A stretch of 64,000 nucleotides of DNA. Origin: a virus. Within the stretch, counting starts at the first letter, position 1; each line of letters begins with the position of its first letter. The notes beneath the pieces are model-generated. The model was not told where the DNA came from. It saw only the letters and a program-made list of their open reading frames with translations, and ran no database searches. Positions 1 to 9,164 of this stretch are shown one piece after another. The translations under genes and the position numbers were made by a program. Where the stretch lies: the IMG/VR virus record IMGVR_UViG_3300010373_000039, positions 33,456 through 97,455 of that record. The stretch is one strand, 5' to 3'.

Positions 1-513
1 GGCGCGGCGACCTATAACGTCTACCGTGGAACGACCCCGGGTGGGGAATCGGGAACGCCGGTGGCCACCGGGATTACCGGGACCACCTACAACGATACCG
101 GGTTGTCGCCTAGCGCTACCTTCTATTACACGGTTAAATCGGTGAACACGGGTGGAACCTCATCGTCATCGAATGAGGTAATCGCCACGACCGTGGCAAG
201 GAAATTATCCGCGATTCCCGGCGCGGTGAAAACCAACGGAACAAATATTGTCGTTACCTTAGTGGACAATTACGCAACCACGTTCACGACCGGAACGCCC
301 GGATCACCCACGGTCACCGTGACGGGCGCTACCAAGGTAGGTCAACAGGTAACGGCAAACAACCAAATCAAGGTTACAATCAATACGGGTGGGGTGGGAA
401 CCGTCACGTTCGATCCGGGAACCGGATTTACCGCAACCGTTTTGATTAGTAACAGCGGCCTTCGCGATCGAAGGACGGACCCGTTTGGAAACATCAGGCA
501 TCGACCATTTTAG
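1..513 (+). CDS. Fibronectin type III / Ig-like virion-associated protein, 5' truncated by the window
   Basis: Frame is open from base 1: GAATYNVYRGTTPGGESGTPVATGITGTTYNDTGLSPSATFYYTVKSVN..SSNEV is a typical FN3 signature; Thr-rich; at the head of the structural block. Confidence 0.75.
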   Translation, partial: GAATYNVYRGTTPGGESGTPVATGITGTTYNDTGLSPSATFYYTVKSVNTGGTSSSSNEVIATTVARKLSAIPGAVKTNGTNIVVTLVDNYATTFTTGTPGSPTVTVTGATKVGQQVTANNQIKVTINTGGVGTVTFDPGTGFTATVLISNSGLRDRRTDPFGNIRHRPF

Positions 514-522
514 GAGGATACT

Positions 523-1038
523 GTGGATACGATTGTTCAAACAACATTGGTGGACGGTTTCAAACGTTTGTTTGCGACGGATGTAACCACCACGAACAAT
601 TTTCCGGTGGCCACCACGCAGGAACCGAGCGGTGACGGTGTTTTCGTCATCGGTGAGGGGGATGGGATAACCAGCGGGGCCAACGCGGCGTTGCTGGCAT
701 TTTTCGGCACCGGCTCGGCTACGCAAACCGCAACCGCCAAATTGGTGGGGTGGCGCAAAATCGATCAATTGTGGGTGCCGATCCAATTTCTGAGTTTGAA
801 TTTGGCGCTGGGATCGGGCGCGGCGGTCAACCATCCGGACCTGCAAACCGGTGTGGGTGAAATCCTTGTCGATACGATCACGGCGGTGGCGTCGTTGACG
901 ATGGCCGATGAAATCGTCAGCCCGGCGGATGGAACCCTGGCATACGTCAAGTGTGACATCATCGGGTGTCACAAATACCAGGTTGTGTTGTCCAAGGGAA
1001 CGGCGACCTCGATCAATTGTCTGGCCGGCGCGTTCTAA
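523..1038 (+). CDS. Hypothetical virion protein
   Basis: RBS AGGAGG, GTG start, beta-rich composition, in the structural operon. Confidence 0.6.
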   Translation: MDTIVQTTLVDGFKRLFATDVTTTNNFPVATTQEPSGDGVFVIGEGDGITSGANAALLAFFGTGSATQTATAKLVGWRKIDQLWVPIQFLSLNLALGSGAAVNHPDLQTGVGEILVDTITAVASLTMADEIVSPADGTLAYVKCDIIGCHKYQVVLSKGTATSINCLAGAF

Positions 1039-1050
1039 AAACGGTGAAAC

Positions 1051-1746
1051 ATGAAACGCCAACTTAATTCCACCAATCACCCCATCGGATTTTATATGGT
1101 CCTATCCGATGGGGTGACGCCGGCCACCGGCAAAACGGTTACCCTGAACATCATTAAGAATGGGACAGGGGGCGGTGCGTCTGCGACGGGGGCCATAACC
1201 GAATTGGATGCCGTCAACAATCCGGGTTGGTACACGTGGACCGGCAATGGCACCGATCGAAACACGGTTGGTGACATCCTGTGTTCGGCCACGGCCGCCG
1301 GATGCAACACAACCACGTTCACGGTGGGGATCGTCAATTACGATCCGTTCAATCAATCGCAGGTTGCGGTGTTGGTTACCCAATCCCTGTTGACCAATAT
1401 GGCGACCACGACGGGGGGAACCGTCATTCCCATTTCGGTGTTCCAAAACACCCAGGTGAATTTGGCGTTTAAGGTGGTGGACGCATCCAATAACCCGGTC
1501 AATTTGAACGGGGATTCGGTAGAATTCTTGATCCATAACGTCAACGCGTCCACCGCGACCGCCACGATTGCGGCGACCCTTAGCCAATCCGATCCCTCGG
1601 GGCATCCGGGGGTGTATGACACGGTGAACGTTTCGATTGCGCCGGCAAACACGGCGACTAACGGCAATTTCATGTACAAGGTGCGGGATACGACCGCCAA
1701 CGCGATTTACGCCAGCGGATCGTTCAACGTCATTGTCTCGCCCTGA
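1051..1746 (+). CDS. Virion structural protein with two Ig/BppU-like beta domains
   Basis: TPATGKTVTL..ITELDA..PGWY and VVDASNNPVNLNG..F patterns typical of BppU-like/Ig-like phage domains. Confidence 0.55.
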   Translation: MKRQLNSTNHPIGFYMVLSDGVTPATGKTVTLNIIKNGTGGGASATGAITELDAVNNPGWYTWTGNGTDRNTVGDILCSATAAGCNTTTFTVGIVNYDPFNQSQVAVLVTQSLLTNMATTTGGTVIPISVFQNTQVNLAFKVVDASNNPVNLNGDSVEFLIHNVNASTATATIAATLSQSDPSGHPGVYDTVNVSIAPANTATNGNFMYKVRDTTANAIYASGSFNVIVSP

Positions 1747-1833
1747 TCCCTACGTTGGAAGGTGGATTGAGTCGGGTTATAAATCGGCTTCGTTTTTCAA
1801 ACAACCGCCCTTTGGGCAAAAGGAGAGTGTCCG

Positions 1834-2016
1834 ATGAGTTTCGAGGTGCCAACGGTCAAGGTTCGGTTCAAGGAAACCGGCCACGAATGCAAAATCAACA
1901 AGGACGAGTTCGACGAAAACCTTCACGAATTGGTCCGACCCAAGCTTGCCCGCGCCGAGGACAAAAAGGACGACGGCAAGAAGGACGAAAAGAAGGGTGA
2001 CGCGGACAAGAAGTAG
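1834..2016 (+). CDS. Small head-associated protein
   Basis: RBS AAGGAG; VPTVKV..INKDEFDENLHEL resembles small proteins found just upstream of phage head-tail connectors; highly expressed codon style. Confidence 0.6.
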   Translation: MSFEVPTVKVRFKETGHECKINKDEFDENLHELVRPKLARAEDKKDDGKKDEKKGDADKK

Positions 2017-2036
2017 TCCCGCGCTGAAAGGCCCAA

Positions 2037-2570
2037 ATGAGCGTGACGCTGATTGCCACCGATGGTTCGCCGCAGGCCAACGCATATTGCGACGTGGCCT
2101 ACGCCGATAATTTCCTGACCACCCAACGCCCGTTTGTGGGTACGGAGTGGACGGGCCTGACCACGGATCAAAAGGCGACATTGCTCATTTGGGCCACCAC
2201 CTATTTGGATGACATGGTGGATTGGAACGGGTACAAGGCAACCCGTGACCAAGCATTGCGATGGCCGCGTTCGGGTGTCTACGATCCGGATGGGTTTTAC
2301 GTGGACAAATCCACCGTGCCCGATCGCATCCGCCAATGGACGGCGGAAACCGCGTGGGAGTATTCTAAGGTAAACCGCCAGGCCGAACCGACGGCGCTGG
2401 GACAGGGGATTACCGATGTCACGGTGGGACCGATCCGGGTCAAAATTGATCCGAACATGCAACTACCCTATTTCCCGCCCTATCTAGCCACCAAGATTTC
2501 CCGCTACGGAATCCTCATCGCCGAGGGCGGTCCGGGCGCGTTCACCATGGCCCGATTGCTTCGCGTGTAA
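2037..2570 (+). CDS. Head-tail adaptor (DnaT-like phage family)
   Basis: ANAYCDVAYAD, LIWATTYLD, DQALRWPR, VTVGPI motifs; position before the neck genes. Confidence 0.8.
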   Translation: MSVTLIATDGSPQANAYCDVAYADNFLTTQRPFVGTEWTGLTTDQKATLLIWATTYLDDMVDWNGYKATRDQALRWPRSGVYDPDGFYVDKSTVPDRIRQWTAETAWEYSKVNRQAEPTALGQGITDVTVGPIRVKIDPNMQLPYFPPYLATKISRYGILIAEGGPGAFTMARLLRV

Positions 2571-2573
2571 CCT

Positions 2574-2948
2574 ATGGGTGTCCTCGATAAACCACTTTTG
2601 TCGATTGTTCAAAGGGTGTTGAAATCCTTCGGTGGAACGTGCGTACTTAAACAGGTCAACAATGGATCGTTTGATCCCCGGACCGACCAGCAAAATTCCC
2701 AAACGGTCCAAACATGGACCCTCCCATGCTCGCCGCCCTACCCGTTCGACGTGAAATTGATTGACAACACGATTGTTAAGGTCGGTGATTTCAAATTGTT
2801 GGTGTCGGTATCCGCCGCAACACCCCCCGTGGTGCCGGACATCCACATGAACATTATCCGCAATAACCGCGAGTACAGCATCATTCGCGTGTCCCCCATC
2901 AATTCCGGGGATCAGGACGTTTGCTATGAATTGCATTGCCGGGGGTGA
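2574..2948 (+). CDS. Head closure / head-tail joining protein
   Basis: Synteny; GSFDPRT, IVKVGD, YSIIRV..YELHCR pattern. Confidence 0.7.
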   Translation: MGVLDKPLLSIVQRVLKSFGGTCVLKQVNNGSFDPRTDQQNSQTVQTWTLPCSPPYPFDVKLIDNTIVKVGDFKLLVSVSAATPPVVPDIHMNIIRNNREYSIIRVSPINSGDQDVCYELHCRG

Positions 2949-2951
2949 TGC

Positions 2952-3407
2952 ATGAGCAGCGCCGGCACGTTTAGCGCGGACATTACTAAATGGGTTATGG
3001 CGGTCCAAATCGATTTGGACCAGTTGGTTCGCAAGATTGCCCTTGATGCCTACGCCGGGTTGATCCTTCGTTCCCCGGTGGACACCGGGAGGTTCCGGGC
3101 ATCGTGGCGAATCTCGGTCGGTAGTATTGATTCGTCGGTTGAGCCGGATCGTGGCACCGCACCCTCGCAATACAAGGGCATGGGCGGATCGGTGCCACCG
3201 GACTCGGCCGAAATGGCCTATGCGTTGGGCAAAATCGCCAGTGCCCAATTTGGTGACATGATTATCTATCTCACCAATTCATTGGACTACGCCCAAGAAT
3301 TAGAGGACGGTTATTCACAGCAAGCGCCGGCGGGAGTGTTGGCCCTGACGTTTATTGAGATCGTGAATAAATTGAACAACGCCATTCGACAAATGCAAGG
3401 ATACTAG
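2952..3407 (+). CDS. Neck protein, HK97 gp10-like
   Basis: SPVDTGRFRASW and NSLDYAQELEDGYSQQAPAG motifs. Confidence 0.85.
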   Translation: MSSAGTFSADITKWVMAVQIDLDQLVRKIALDAYAGLILRSPVDTGRFRASWRISVGSIDSSVEPDRGTAPSQYKGMGGSVPPDSAEMAYALGKIASAQFGDMIIYLTNSLDYAQELEDGYSQQAPAGVLALTFIEIVNKLNNAIRQMQGY

Positions 3408-3409
3408 CC

Positions 3410-3928
3410 ATGTTGGATACAACCGGAATTCGCCAGGCATTTCGCAACGTACTGCTGTCAATCCCCATCCTTCCGGGAACCGGGGATAACCACAACGACC
3501 GTGTATGTTGGGAAAACATCGATTTCACGCCCCCACAATGCAAAAAGGATGATCCGACCGGATCGATGTGGGTCCGCGAGGATTATTTAAAGGGATCGGA
3601 ACCCCAGGTTGCCTATGGGTACGTTGAGCAAACATCTATTATGCAGTACACTGTCTATTGTCCTGCAGGTAGTGGGACAAAGGATGCCGATGCGCTGGTT
3701 AAGGCTATCGGCGATGCGTTTGGTCCGGCCAAGGGACTAACCTCGACCGGAATTCCGGGTGTGACGGCGGCAACGCCCTCGGCACAATCCGGAAACCCGA
3801 TCCAAATTTCGATCGAACAGGTCGATCCAATGTCGGGTCGGGTAACGACGGTCAAGAATATCGAAGGAACCTGGTGGGCTACCGGGGTCCGGATTACGTT
3901 TCGGGCGTATGGGACGGTAAAGGTTTAG
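3410..3928 (+). CDS. Tail terminator protein (DUF4128-like)
   Basis: WENIDFTPP..W, Q..VYCPAGSG..A motifs; sits between neck and tube genes. Confidence 0.7.
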   Translation: MLDTTGIRQAFRNVLLSIPILPGTGDNHNDRVCWENIDFTPPQCKKDDPTGSMWVREDYLKGSEPQVAYGYVEQTSIMQYTVYCPAGSGTKDADALVKAIGDAFGPAKGLTSTGIPGVTAATPSAQSGNPIQISIEQVDPMSGRVTTVKNIEGTWWATGVRITFRAYGTVKV

Positions 3929-3937
3929 GGAGCAATC

Positions 3938-4915
3938 ATGAGCATCGCACAAGGACCGCGTATTCGCATTTGCTACGGCGCTGAGGTCACCCGTGGCACG
4001 ACGCCCCCCAATTTGAATTTACAGCAATTGCGGACGATCACCCGCGATATCGATTTGACCAAGGGTGGTTTGTCATCCGATGAGCAATACCCGGACGGGC
4101 AACGCCGCGATTTCCGCCAGGGTTTTAACCAGGTCGTGGGGTCGTTCAATTTCGAGTTGTCGTTGGCCCAGCAAAGCACCGGCACGATCACCAACACCGG
4201 CCACGATGATTTGTTTGAGGCGCTGTTGGGTGGTACGTGGTCCGCGACCGGAACGGCCGGCGGTTCCCCCGGCACGTTGAAATGCGGCACCAACCTCAAA
4301 ACCAAATCGTTCGAGCGTCAATTCTTGGACATCGGACAATACGAGGCGTTTGCCGGTTGCATCCCCTCCGATTTAACATTGAGTTTCGACCCGGCCAAAA
4401 TCATCGGCGGTACGTGGAACATCATGGGCATGTCCGCACCCATCATGTCGTCTACGTCGATCCAGGGTTCGGGAACCCTGACCACCCCGACTACCGCGCC
4501 CCCGTGCGACACGTTCATTGGCGCAATCACCGAGGGTGGTTCGCCCATCGCCGTGGCCACGCAATGCCAAATGACCATTAAAACCGGCCGTTCCCTTTCG
4601 CCGGTCATCGGTTCCAAATTCTCCCCCGATATTTTCATGGGGACGATTCTGGTTTCCGGAACGTTAAGCGCGTTCTTCCAGGACAATTCGTTGGCGACCA
4701 AATTCTACAACGAGGTCAATTCGACGTTGGTTTTGACCGCCAATGAGTTGCCCACGTCCGGACAGCGCAAAATGGTTTTCACCCTGCCGAATATCAAGTA
4801 TTCGGGCAATAAGAAATCACCCCCGCCGCAGGGTGGTGTTGTACAGCAGCTTCCGTTTGAAGCGTTGTACGATGTTTCTTCCGGCACAACGTTACAGATC
4901 GACCGATACCTCTAA
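3938..4915 (+). CDS. Major tail tube protein
   Basis: AEVTRGTTP N-terminus, SFERQFLDIGQY, VSGTLSAFFQD, FTLPNIKY, LPFEALYD motifs of phage tube proteins. Confidence 0.85.
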   Translation: MSIAQGPRIRICYGAEVTRGTTPPNLNLQQLRTITRDIDLTKGGLSSDEQYPDGQRRDFRQGFNQVVGSFNFELSLAQQSTGTITNTGHDDLFEALLGGTWSATGTAGGSPGTLKCGTNLKTKSFERQFLDIGQYEAFAGCIPSDLTLSFDPAKIIGGTWNIMGMSAPIMSSTSIQGSGTLTTPTTAPPCDTFIGAITEGGSPIAVATQCQMTIKTGRSLSPVIGSKFSPDIFMGTILVSGTLSAFFQDNSLATKFYNEVNSTLVLTANELPTSGQRKMVFTLPNIKYSGNKKSPPPQGGVVQQLPFEALYDVSSGTTLQIDRYL

Positions 4916-4921
4916 TTTGGA

Positions 4922-5359
4922 GTGAATCCTACCGTGGCGAAATTTGATCTATCGAAAATGGATACCCGCGCCGCCGGCGCAAACGCCGTCGCGATGACAT
5001 TGGAACACCCGACGACCGAGGAGCCGTTGACCGACGACGCCGGCAATCCGTGGACCATCACCCTGTACGGTTCCGATTCCGAGGTTTACCGCAAGGCACA
5101 ACGAAAAATCGTGGACCGGCGGTTGGCCGAGGCCAAGGCCAAGGGTGGTAAATTCAAAATGAACGCCAACATGGCGGAAGAGGAATTGACCGAATTGTTG
5201 GTGGAATGCACCGCCGGTTGGTCCGGGTTGGAGGAGAACGGCGCGCCGATCGAATTCAACACCGCCAACGTTCGCGGCGTCTACGCCCGTTACCCATGGA
5301 TTCGCGAACAGGCCATGGCGTTTGTTTCCACACGAAGTAACTACCTGGGAAACTCGTAG
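4922..5359 (+). CDS. Tail assembly chaperone (gpG-like)
   Basis: LEHPTT, ITLYGSDS, YPWIREQ motifs; between tube and tape measure genes; ends at a slippery site. Confidence 0.85.
   Translation: MNPTVAKFDLSKMDTRAAGANAVAMTLEHPTTEEPLTDDAGNPWTITLYGSDSEVYRKAQRKIVDRRLAEAKAKGGKFKMNANMAEEELTELLVECTAGWSGLEENGAPIEFNTANVRGVYARYPWIREQAMAFVSTRSNYLGNS
5347..5353 (+). other. Programmed -1 ribosomal frameshift slippery heptamer G GGA AAC
   Basis: X XXY YYZ heptamer in the gpG frame just before TCG TAG; the -1 frame (GGG AAA CTC GTA GAG GCC TTG GTC) runs open into ORF 5365-5769. Confidence 0.85.
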
Positions 5360-5769
5360 AGGCCTTGGTCGAGTACGCCGAGGCCGTATTTTTGGATGAA
5401 GCCCCCGCGCCGGGGGGAGCGACCAAGGGAGCGCATATACGGCAAGCGCAGATGTCGGCCGCGGCGCTGGGCATCACATGGTTGGACGACCGTTTTCCCG
5501 CCGCCGCCGATCCCATGGACCCCCCGTTTGAATGGGAGGGTTTGTGGGAAATGTTCCGTGAATTGAGCGCCGCCCGGACATCGGGGTTTTCCCCCAATCC
5601 GCTGTCATGGACCGATATCCGGTCCTACTGCGAATTGTTAGACATCCGGTTGACGGGTTTTGATTTGATGGTGATTCGGCGTTTGGATTTGACGTGGTTG
5701 CGGGTGATGGGAGCGGCATACAATGACCTCAACACAACTGAACCTGATCATCAACTCCCAGCAGGTTAA
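5347..5769 (+). CDS. Tail assembly chaperone gpT part (gpGT fusion via -1 frameshift)
   Basis: LWEMFRELSAARTSGFSPNPLSWTDIRSY..IRRLD motif typical of gpT; no strong independent start. Confidence 0.8.
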   Translation, partial: GKLVEALVEYAEAVFLDEAPAPGGATKGAHIRQAQMSAAALGITWLDDRFPAAADPMDPPFEWEGLWEMFRELSAARTSGFSPNPLSWTDIRSYCELLDIRLTGFDLMVIRRLDLTWLRVMGAAYNDLNTTEPDHQLPAG

Positions 5770-8032
5770 TTCGGCCAATTCGGCGCTGCAGCAATTTAAC
5801 CAAACCGGGCAACAAACCCAATCCGCCGCCGAAAAGCTTAACATTTCGTTTAGCACGTTGATCAGCACATTGACCCAATTGGCCGGCGTCTACTCGTTGG
5901 TCCAAACCGTCCGCGCGGCATTTGCTACGGCCGCCACCGAGGACCGGTTGCAAAAGGGTTTTGACAATTTGACGGGTTCGGTCAGCAAATCCAAGGACAT
6001 GCTGAACGAATTGATTACGGTCAGCAACAATTCCCAATTCTCGTTGGCGGCGCTGGGTGACGCCACCCGGCAATTCATGGGGTTGGGGTTGGGTGCGGAC
6101 CAATCCATCAAATTGGTTGAGGACATCGCCAACACACTGGAGAATTTGGGTTCCGGTGAGGAACAAATGACCGGCATCGCCAACGCGCTGGGTAGAATCC
6201 TTGAAGAAGGACAATCCAATTTGTACGTGTTCCGTGCGCTGGCGGCACAGGGCATCCCGGCGGTTAAGGACGTTGCGGATACGTTGGGCATTTCGTTCCA
6301 ACGGGCCATGTTCCTGCTTCGCAATGGTGCCATTTCGGCCAATGATGCAATCGCGTTGATCCAATATAGCATGGAGAAATTCAACCATGATGCGATCGAC
6401 ACCGCCCCGACCTACACGCAATTGTGGACCAGTATCGGTAATTCCTTCAAAACCGGGTTTGGCGACATGGTTAAACAGGTTTTGGACATTGGTTCCAAAT
6501 CGGCGCTGGAGCGGTTCAATGCCGAAATTCAAAACATGTTCCATATCGTCGGGGATGCGATCCGTATTCTTGAGGGCTTGCCCCCGCAATTTGAACGGTC
6601 GTCCGAGGCATCAAAAATTCTTGCCGGCATCATCAAATTGTTGTCCGAGGCGTTTATGGTGTTGGTCGCCATTAAATTGATTACGTGGGCGTCCGACGCG
6701 TTCAACGCCCTTTTCAGTTTAATTAAGCAATTTGCCAATTTGGGGGTGATTTCCCAAGCGTTGATTGTCGGATTGATCGTATTGGTGGGAATCGAATTGG
6801 GCCGGTGGGCGTCGGAACAGGTTCCGGAATTGGCCAAACTCGCCGTCATTCTTCGTGCGGTGGGATCGTTCACCGGAAGTAGTTTGAGAAATGTGGGTGA
6901 ATTCATTGCCGACAAATATTTGGGTGGTGCGACGGCGGGAACCGACGCCCAAAACGACGCCGAGCGTACCGCCCACATGAATCAAGCGGATGACGCCACA
7001 TGGAAGGCGTTCGATAAGGCCATGACCGACATCAATAACGGAAACCTTGGCAAGGGACAGGGAACATCGTTTTTCCAATACATGGGGGAGGATCTTAAGA
7101 AGTTGGGGGAAAACGCCAAGGGCGCGCTGGGTCCGATTCAGGATTTGATGCGTTTCATGGAGGTGGCCAGCATCGGCAAACAGGGAAATTATTTCGACGG
7201 CAAACGACCGGAGGTCAGCACGGTCATTCCGGAAAACGAGGAATTGTCGTTACAGAAAATGATTGATTCCCTGAACCAAAAAACCTCGATCATCGGGTTG
7301 GACCCCGAATCCGCGTTCCGGTCCACCGAGGTTGCCAAAATGCAGGAAATTTTGGACAAATACAACATCGCCCCCGGACAAAACACCGCGGAGGGCGTTC
7401 AATTCCTGATGCTATTGAACCAAGCGATTGATCGGTTGCAGGGAATGCAAACGTTGGACATCGTGGCCAAATCGGTAGGCCAATCGTTCGCAACCGCGTT
7501 CGGTCAATTCATCACCGGGGCCAAAAGCGCATCGGCGGCGGCTAAACAATTTGTCACGTCATTGGAACAAATGATTTTGAAGGATTTAGTCCTTAACAAA
7601 ATCGCGTCGTTGATCGAGGGCGGCATCACCGGGTTGGGAACCGGATTGGGCGGTTTGTTCGGCAACAAATCCCCATCCTACACTACCGGTGTCACCGCCG
7701 ACGATACGGGCGCTTCGCTAAACACCAGCGTTCAATTTGCCATGGGCGGGGCGTTCATGCGGGGCGTCCGCATGTTCGCCGGCGGCGATGTGGTGAACCG
7801 TCCGACGCTATTCGGCATGGCCGGCGGATTGGGCATGATGGGCGAGGCGGGACCGGAGGCAATTCTGCCATTGGTTCGCGGCCCCAATGGAAAATTGGGT
7901 GTGGCGGCGCACGGTGGGGGCGGTCAAACCGTTATCCATCAGCATTATTGGAACATCAAAACCCCGGATGCCGACAGTTTCAAACGGTCGCAACGCCAGA
8001 TCTCGGCGATGATGCAACGAAGTCTTCGGTAG
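5723..8032 (+). CDS. Tape measure protein
   Basis: 769 aa helical Ala/Gly-rich protein; tape-measure N-domain; C-terminal FAGGDVVNRPTLF..GMMGEAGPEAILPL.RG..GKLGV as in GTA/lambda-type TMPs. Confidence 0.92.
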   Translation: MTSTQLNLIINSQQVNSANSALQQFNQTGQQTQSAAEKLNISFSTLISTLTQLAGVYSLVQTVRAAFATAATEDRLQKGFDNLTGSVSKSKDMLNELITVSNNSQFSLAALGDATRQFMGLGLGADQSIKLVEDIANTLENLGSGEEQMTGIANALGRILEEGQSNLYVFRALAAQGIPAVKDVADTLGISFQRAMFLLRNGAISANDAIALIQYSMEKFNHDAIDTAPTYTQLWTSIGNSFKTGFGDMVKQVLDIGSKSALERFNAEIQNMFHIVGDAIRILEGLPPQFERSSEASKILAGIIKLLSEAFMVLVAIKLITWASDAFNALFSLIKQFANLGVISQALIVGLIVLVGIELGRWASEQVPELAKLAVILRAVGSFTGSSLRNVGEFIADKYLGGATAGTDAQNDAERTAHMNQADDATWKAFDKAMTDINNGNLGKGQGTSFFQYMGEDLKKLGENAKGALGPIQDLMRFMEVASIGKQGNYFDGKRPEVSTVIPENEELSLQKMIDSLNQKTSIIGLDPESAFRSTEVAKMQEILDKYNIAPGQNTAEGVQFLMLLNQAIDRLQGMQTLDIVAKSVGQSFATAFGQFITGAKSASAAAKQFVTSLEQMILKDLVLNKIASLIEGGITGLGTGLGGLFGNKSPSYTTGVTADDTGASLNTSVQFAMGGAFMRGVRMFAGGDVVNRPTLFGMAGGLGMMGEAGPEAILPLVRGPNGKLGVAAHGGGGQTVIHQHYWNIKTPDADSFKRSQRQISAMMQRSLR

Positions 8033-8035
8033 GAA

Positions 8036-9022
8036 ATGTCTATGTCATTTGCAGAAATCCAATTCCCAACCGATGTGTCCTACGGATCGCGTGGCGGTCC
8101 CGGGTTCAACACCAACATCGTGGTGACCGATGGGGGTTCGGAGGAACGTGTTGCCCGGTGGCAAAGTGCCAAGCGCCAATACGACGTGCGGTACGGCATC
8201 AAATCGCCGGACCAAATGTCCAAGGTCAAGGATTTCTTTTTGGCCCGCACCGGCGCGTTGATCGGATTCCGCTACAAGGATTGGCAGGACTACGATTCCA
8301 CCGCCAAGGGGCATAGCTACATCAGCGACGGGTCGTCGGTAAGCGTCACCAACACCGATCAACAATTGGGTTCCGGGGACGGTTCCACCACTCGGTTTCA
8401 ATTGATTAAACGGTACAACGACGGCCTTCAAACCGTCATCCGCAATATCACCAAACCGGTGGCCGGTACGGTGGTCGTGGCACTCAACGGGGTCAACCAA
8501 ACAACCGGTTGGACGGTGGATACTACAACCGGCCTAATTACCTTTACATCCGCCCCGGCGTTGGGGGTCACGGTCACGGCCGGGTTCCAATTTGATACCC
8601 CCGTCCGGTTCGGGGCCGACGCCGACAAATCGTTGATGGCATCGCAGGATGATTTTGGTTACGGGTCGTTGGAACCCATTCCGTTGCAGGAAATTCCCGA
8701 TGGGTTGGCGGTGAACGACGATGCCGATTGTGGCGGCGCGGTCATGGTGTGTTTGACCGCCAACTATCAATTGAGCGCCGGCTATGCCCGTGGGTACGTA
8801 TTTGAACCGCAGGCCGATGGGATCATAGTTTTCCTTCCGGACCCGTCCGCCGCCACGTTCCCCACCGGTGGACCGTTTTTCTATTTGATGAATTTGGGAT
8901 CACACGCCCTGACCATAAAAACCTTTAGCGGTGGATCGTTCATCACCCTGGCGGCCGGAACCGGCGTCGATGTGGTTTTGACGGTTGATGGTTCTTCAAA
9001 CAAAGTATGGCTAGCTCTTTAG
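8036..9022 (+). CDS. Distal tail protein (DUF2460, RcGTA g12-like) with extra C-terminal domain
   Basis: FPTDVSYGSRGGP, GFRYKDWQD, GDGSTTRFQLIKRY, TAGFQFDTPVRF; about 100 aa C-terminal extension. Confidence 0.9.
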   Translation: MSMSFAEIQFPTDVSYGSRGGPGFNTNIVVTDGGSEERVARWQSAKRQYDVRYGIKSPDQMSKVKDFFLARTGALIGFRYKDWQDYDSTAKGHSYISDGSSVSVTNTDQQLGSGDGSTTRFQLIKRYNDGLQTVIRNITKPVAGTVVVALNGVNQTTGWTVDTTTGLITFTSAPALGVTVTAGFQFDTPVRFGADADKSLMASQDDFGYGSLEPIPLQEIPDGLAVNDDADCGGAVMVCLTANYQLSAGYARGYVFEPQADGIIVFLPDPSAATFPTGGPFFYLMNLGSHALTIKTFSGGSFITLAAGTGVDVVLTVDGSSNKVWLAL

Positions 9023-9164
9023 AGTTAAATATGCGTCCATGTTCGTCGCAAAACTATCGAGGATACATTGGTTTGGCGAATGCCAAACTCTTTTGCCAAC
9101 TTTTTTTGCATTTCGCCGTTTTTGTAGCGGTTGCGTATTTCCAAAACCTAGATTGGTTTGCATT

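Noticed and set aside
9039-9164. N-terminal 42 aa of the 406 aa ORF, and the 10719 start of the glycosyltransferase
   Set aside because: These extensions cover AT-rich spacer or overlap upstream genes; homology and coupling favour starts at 9165 and 10914.
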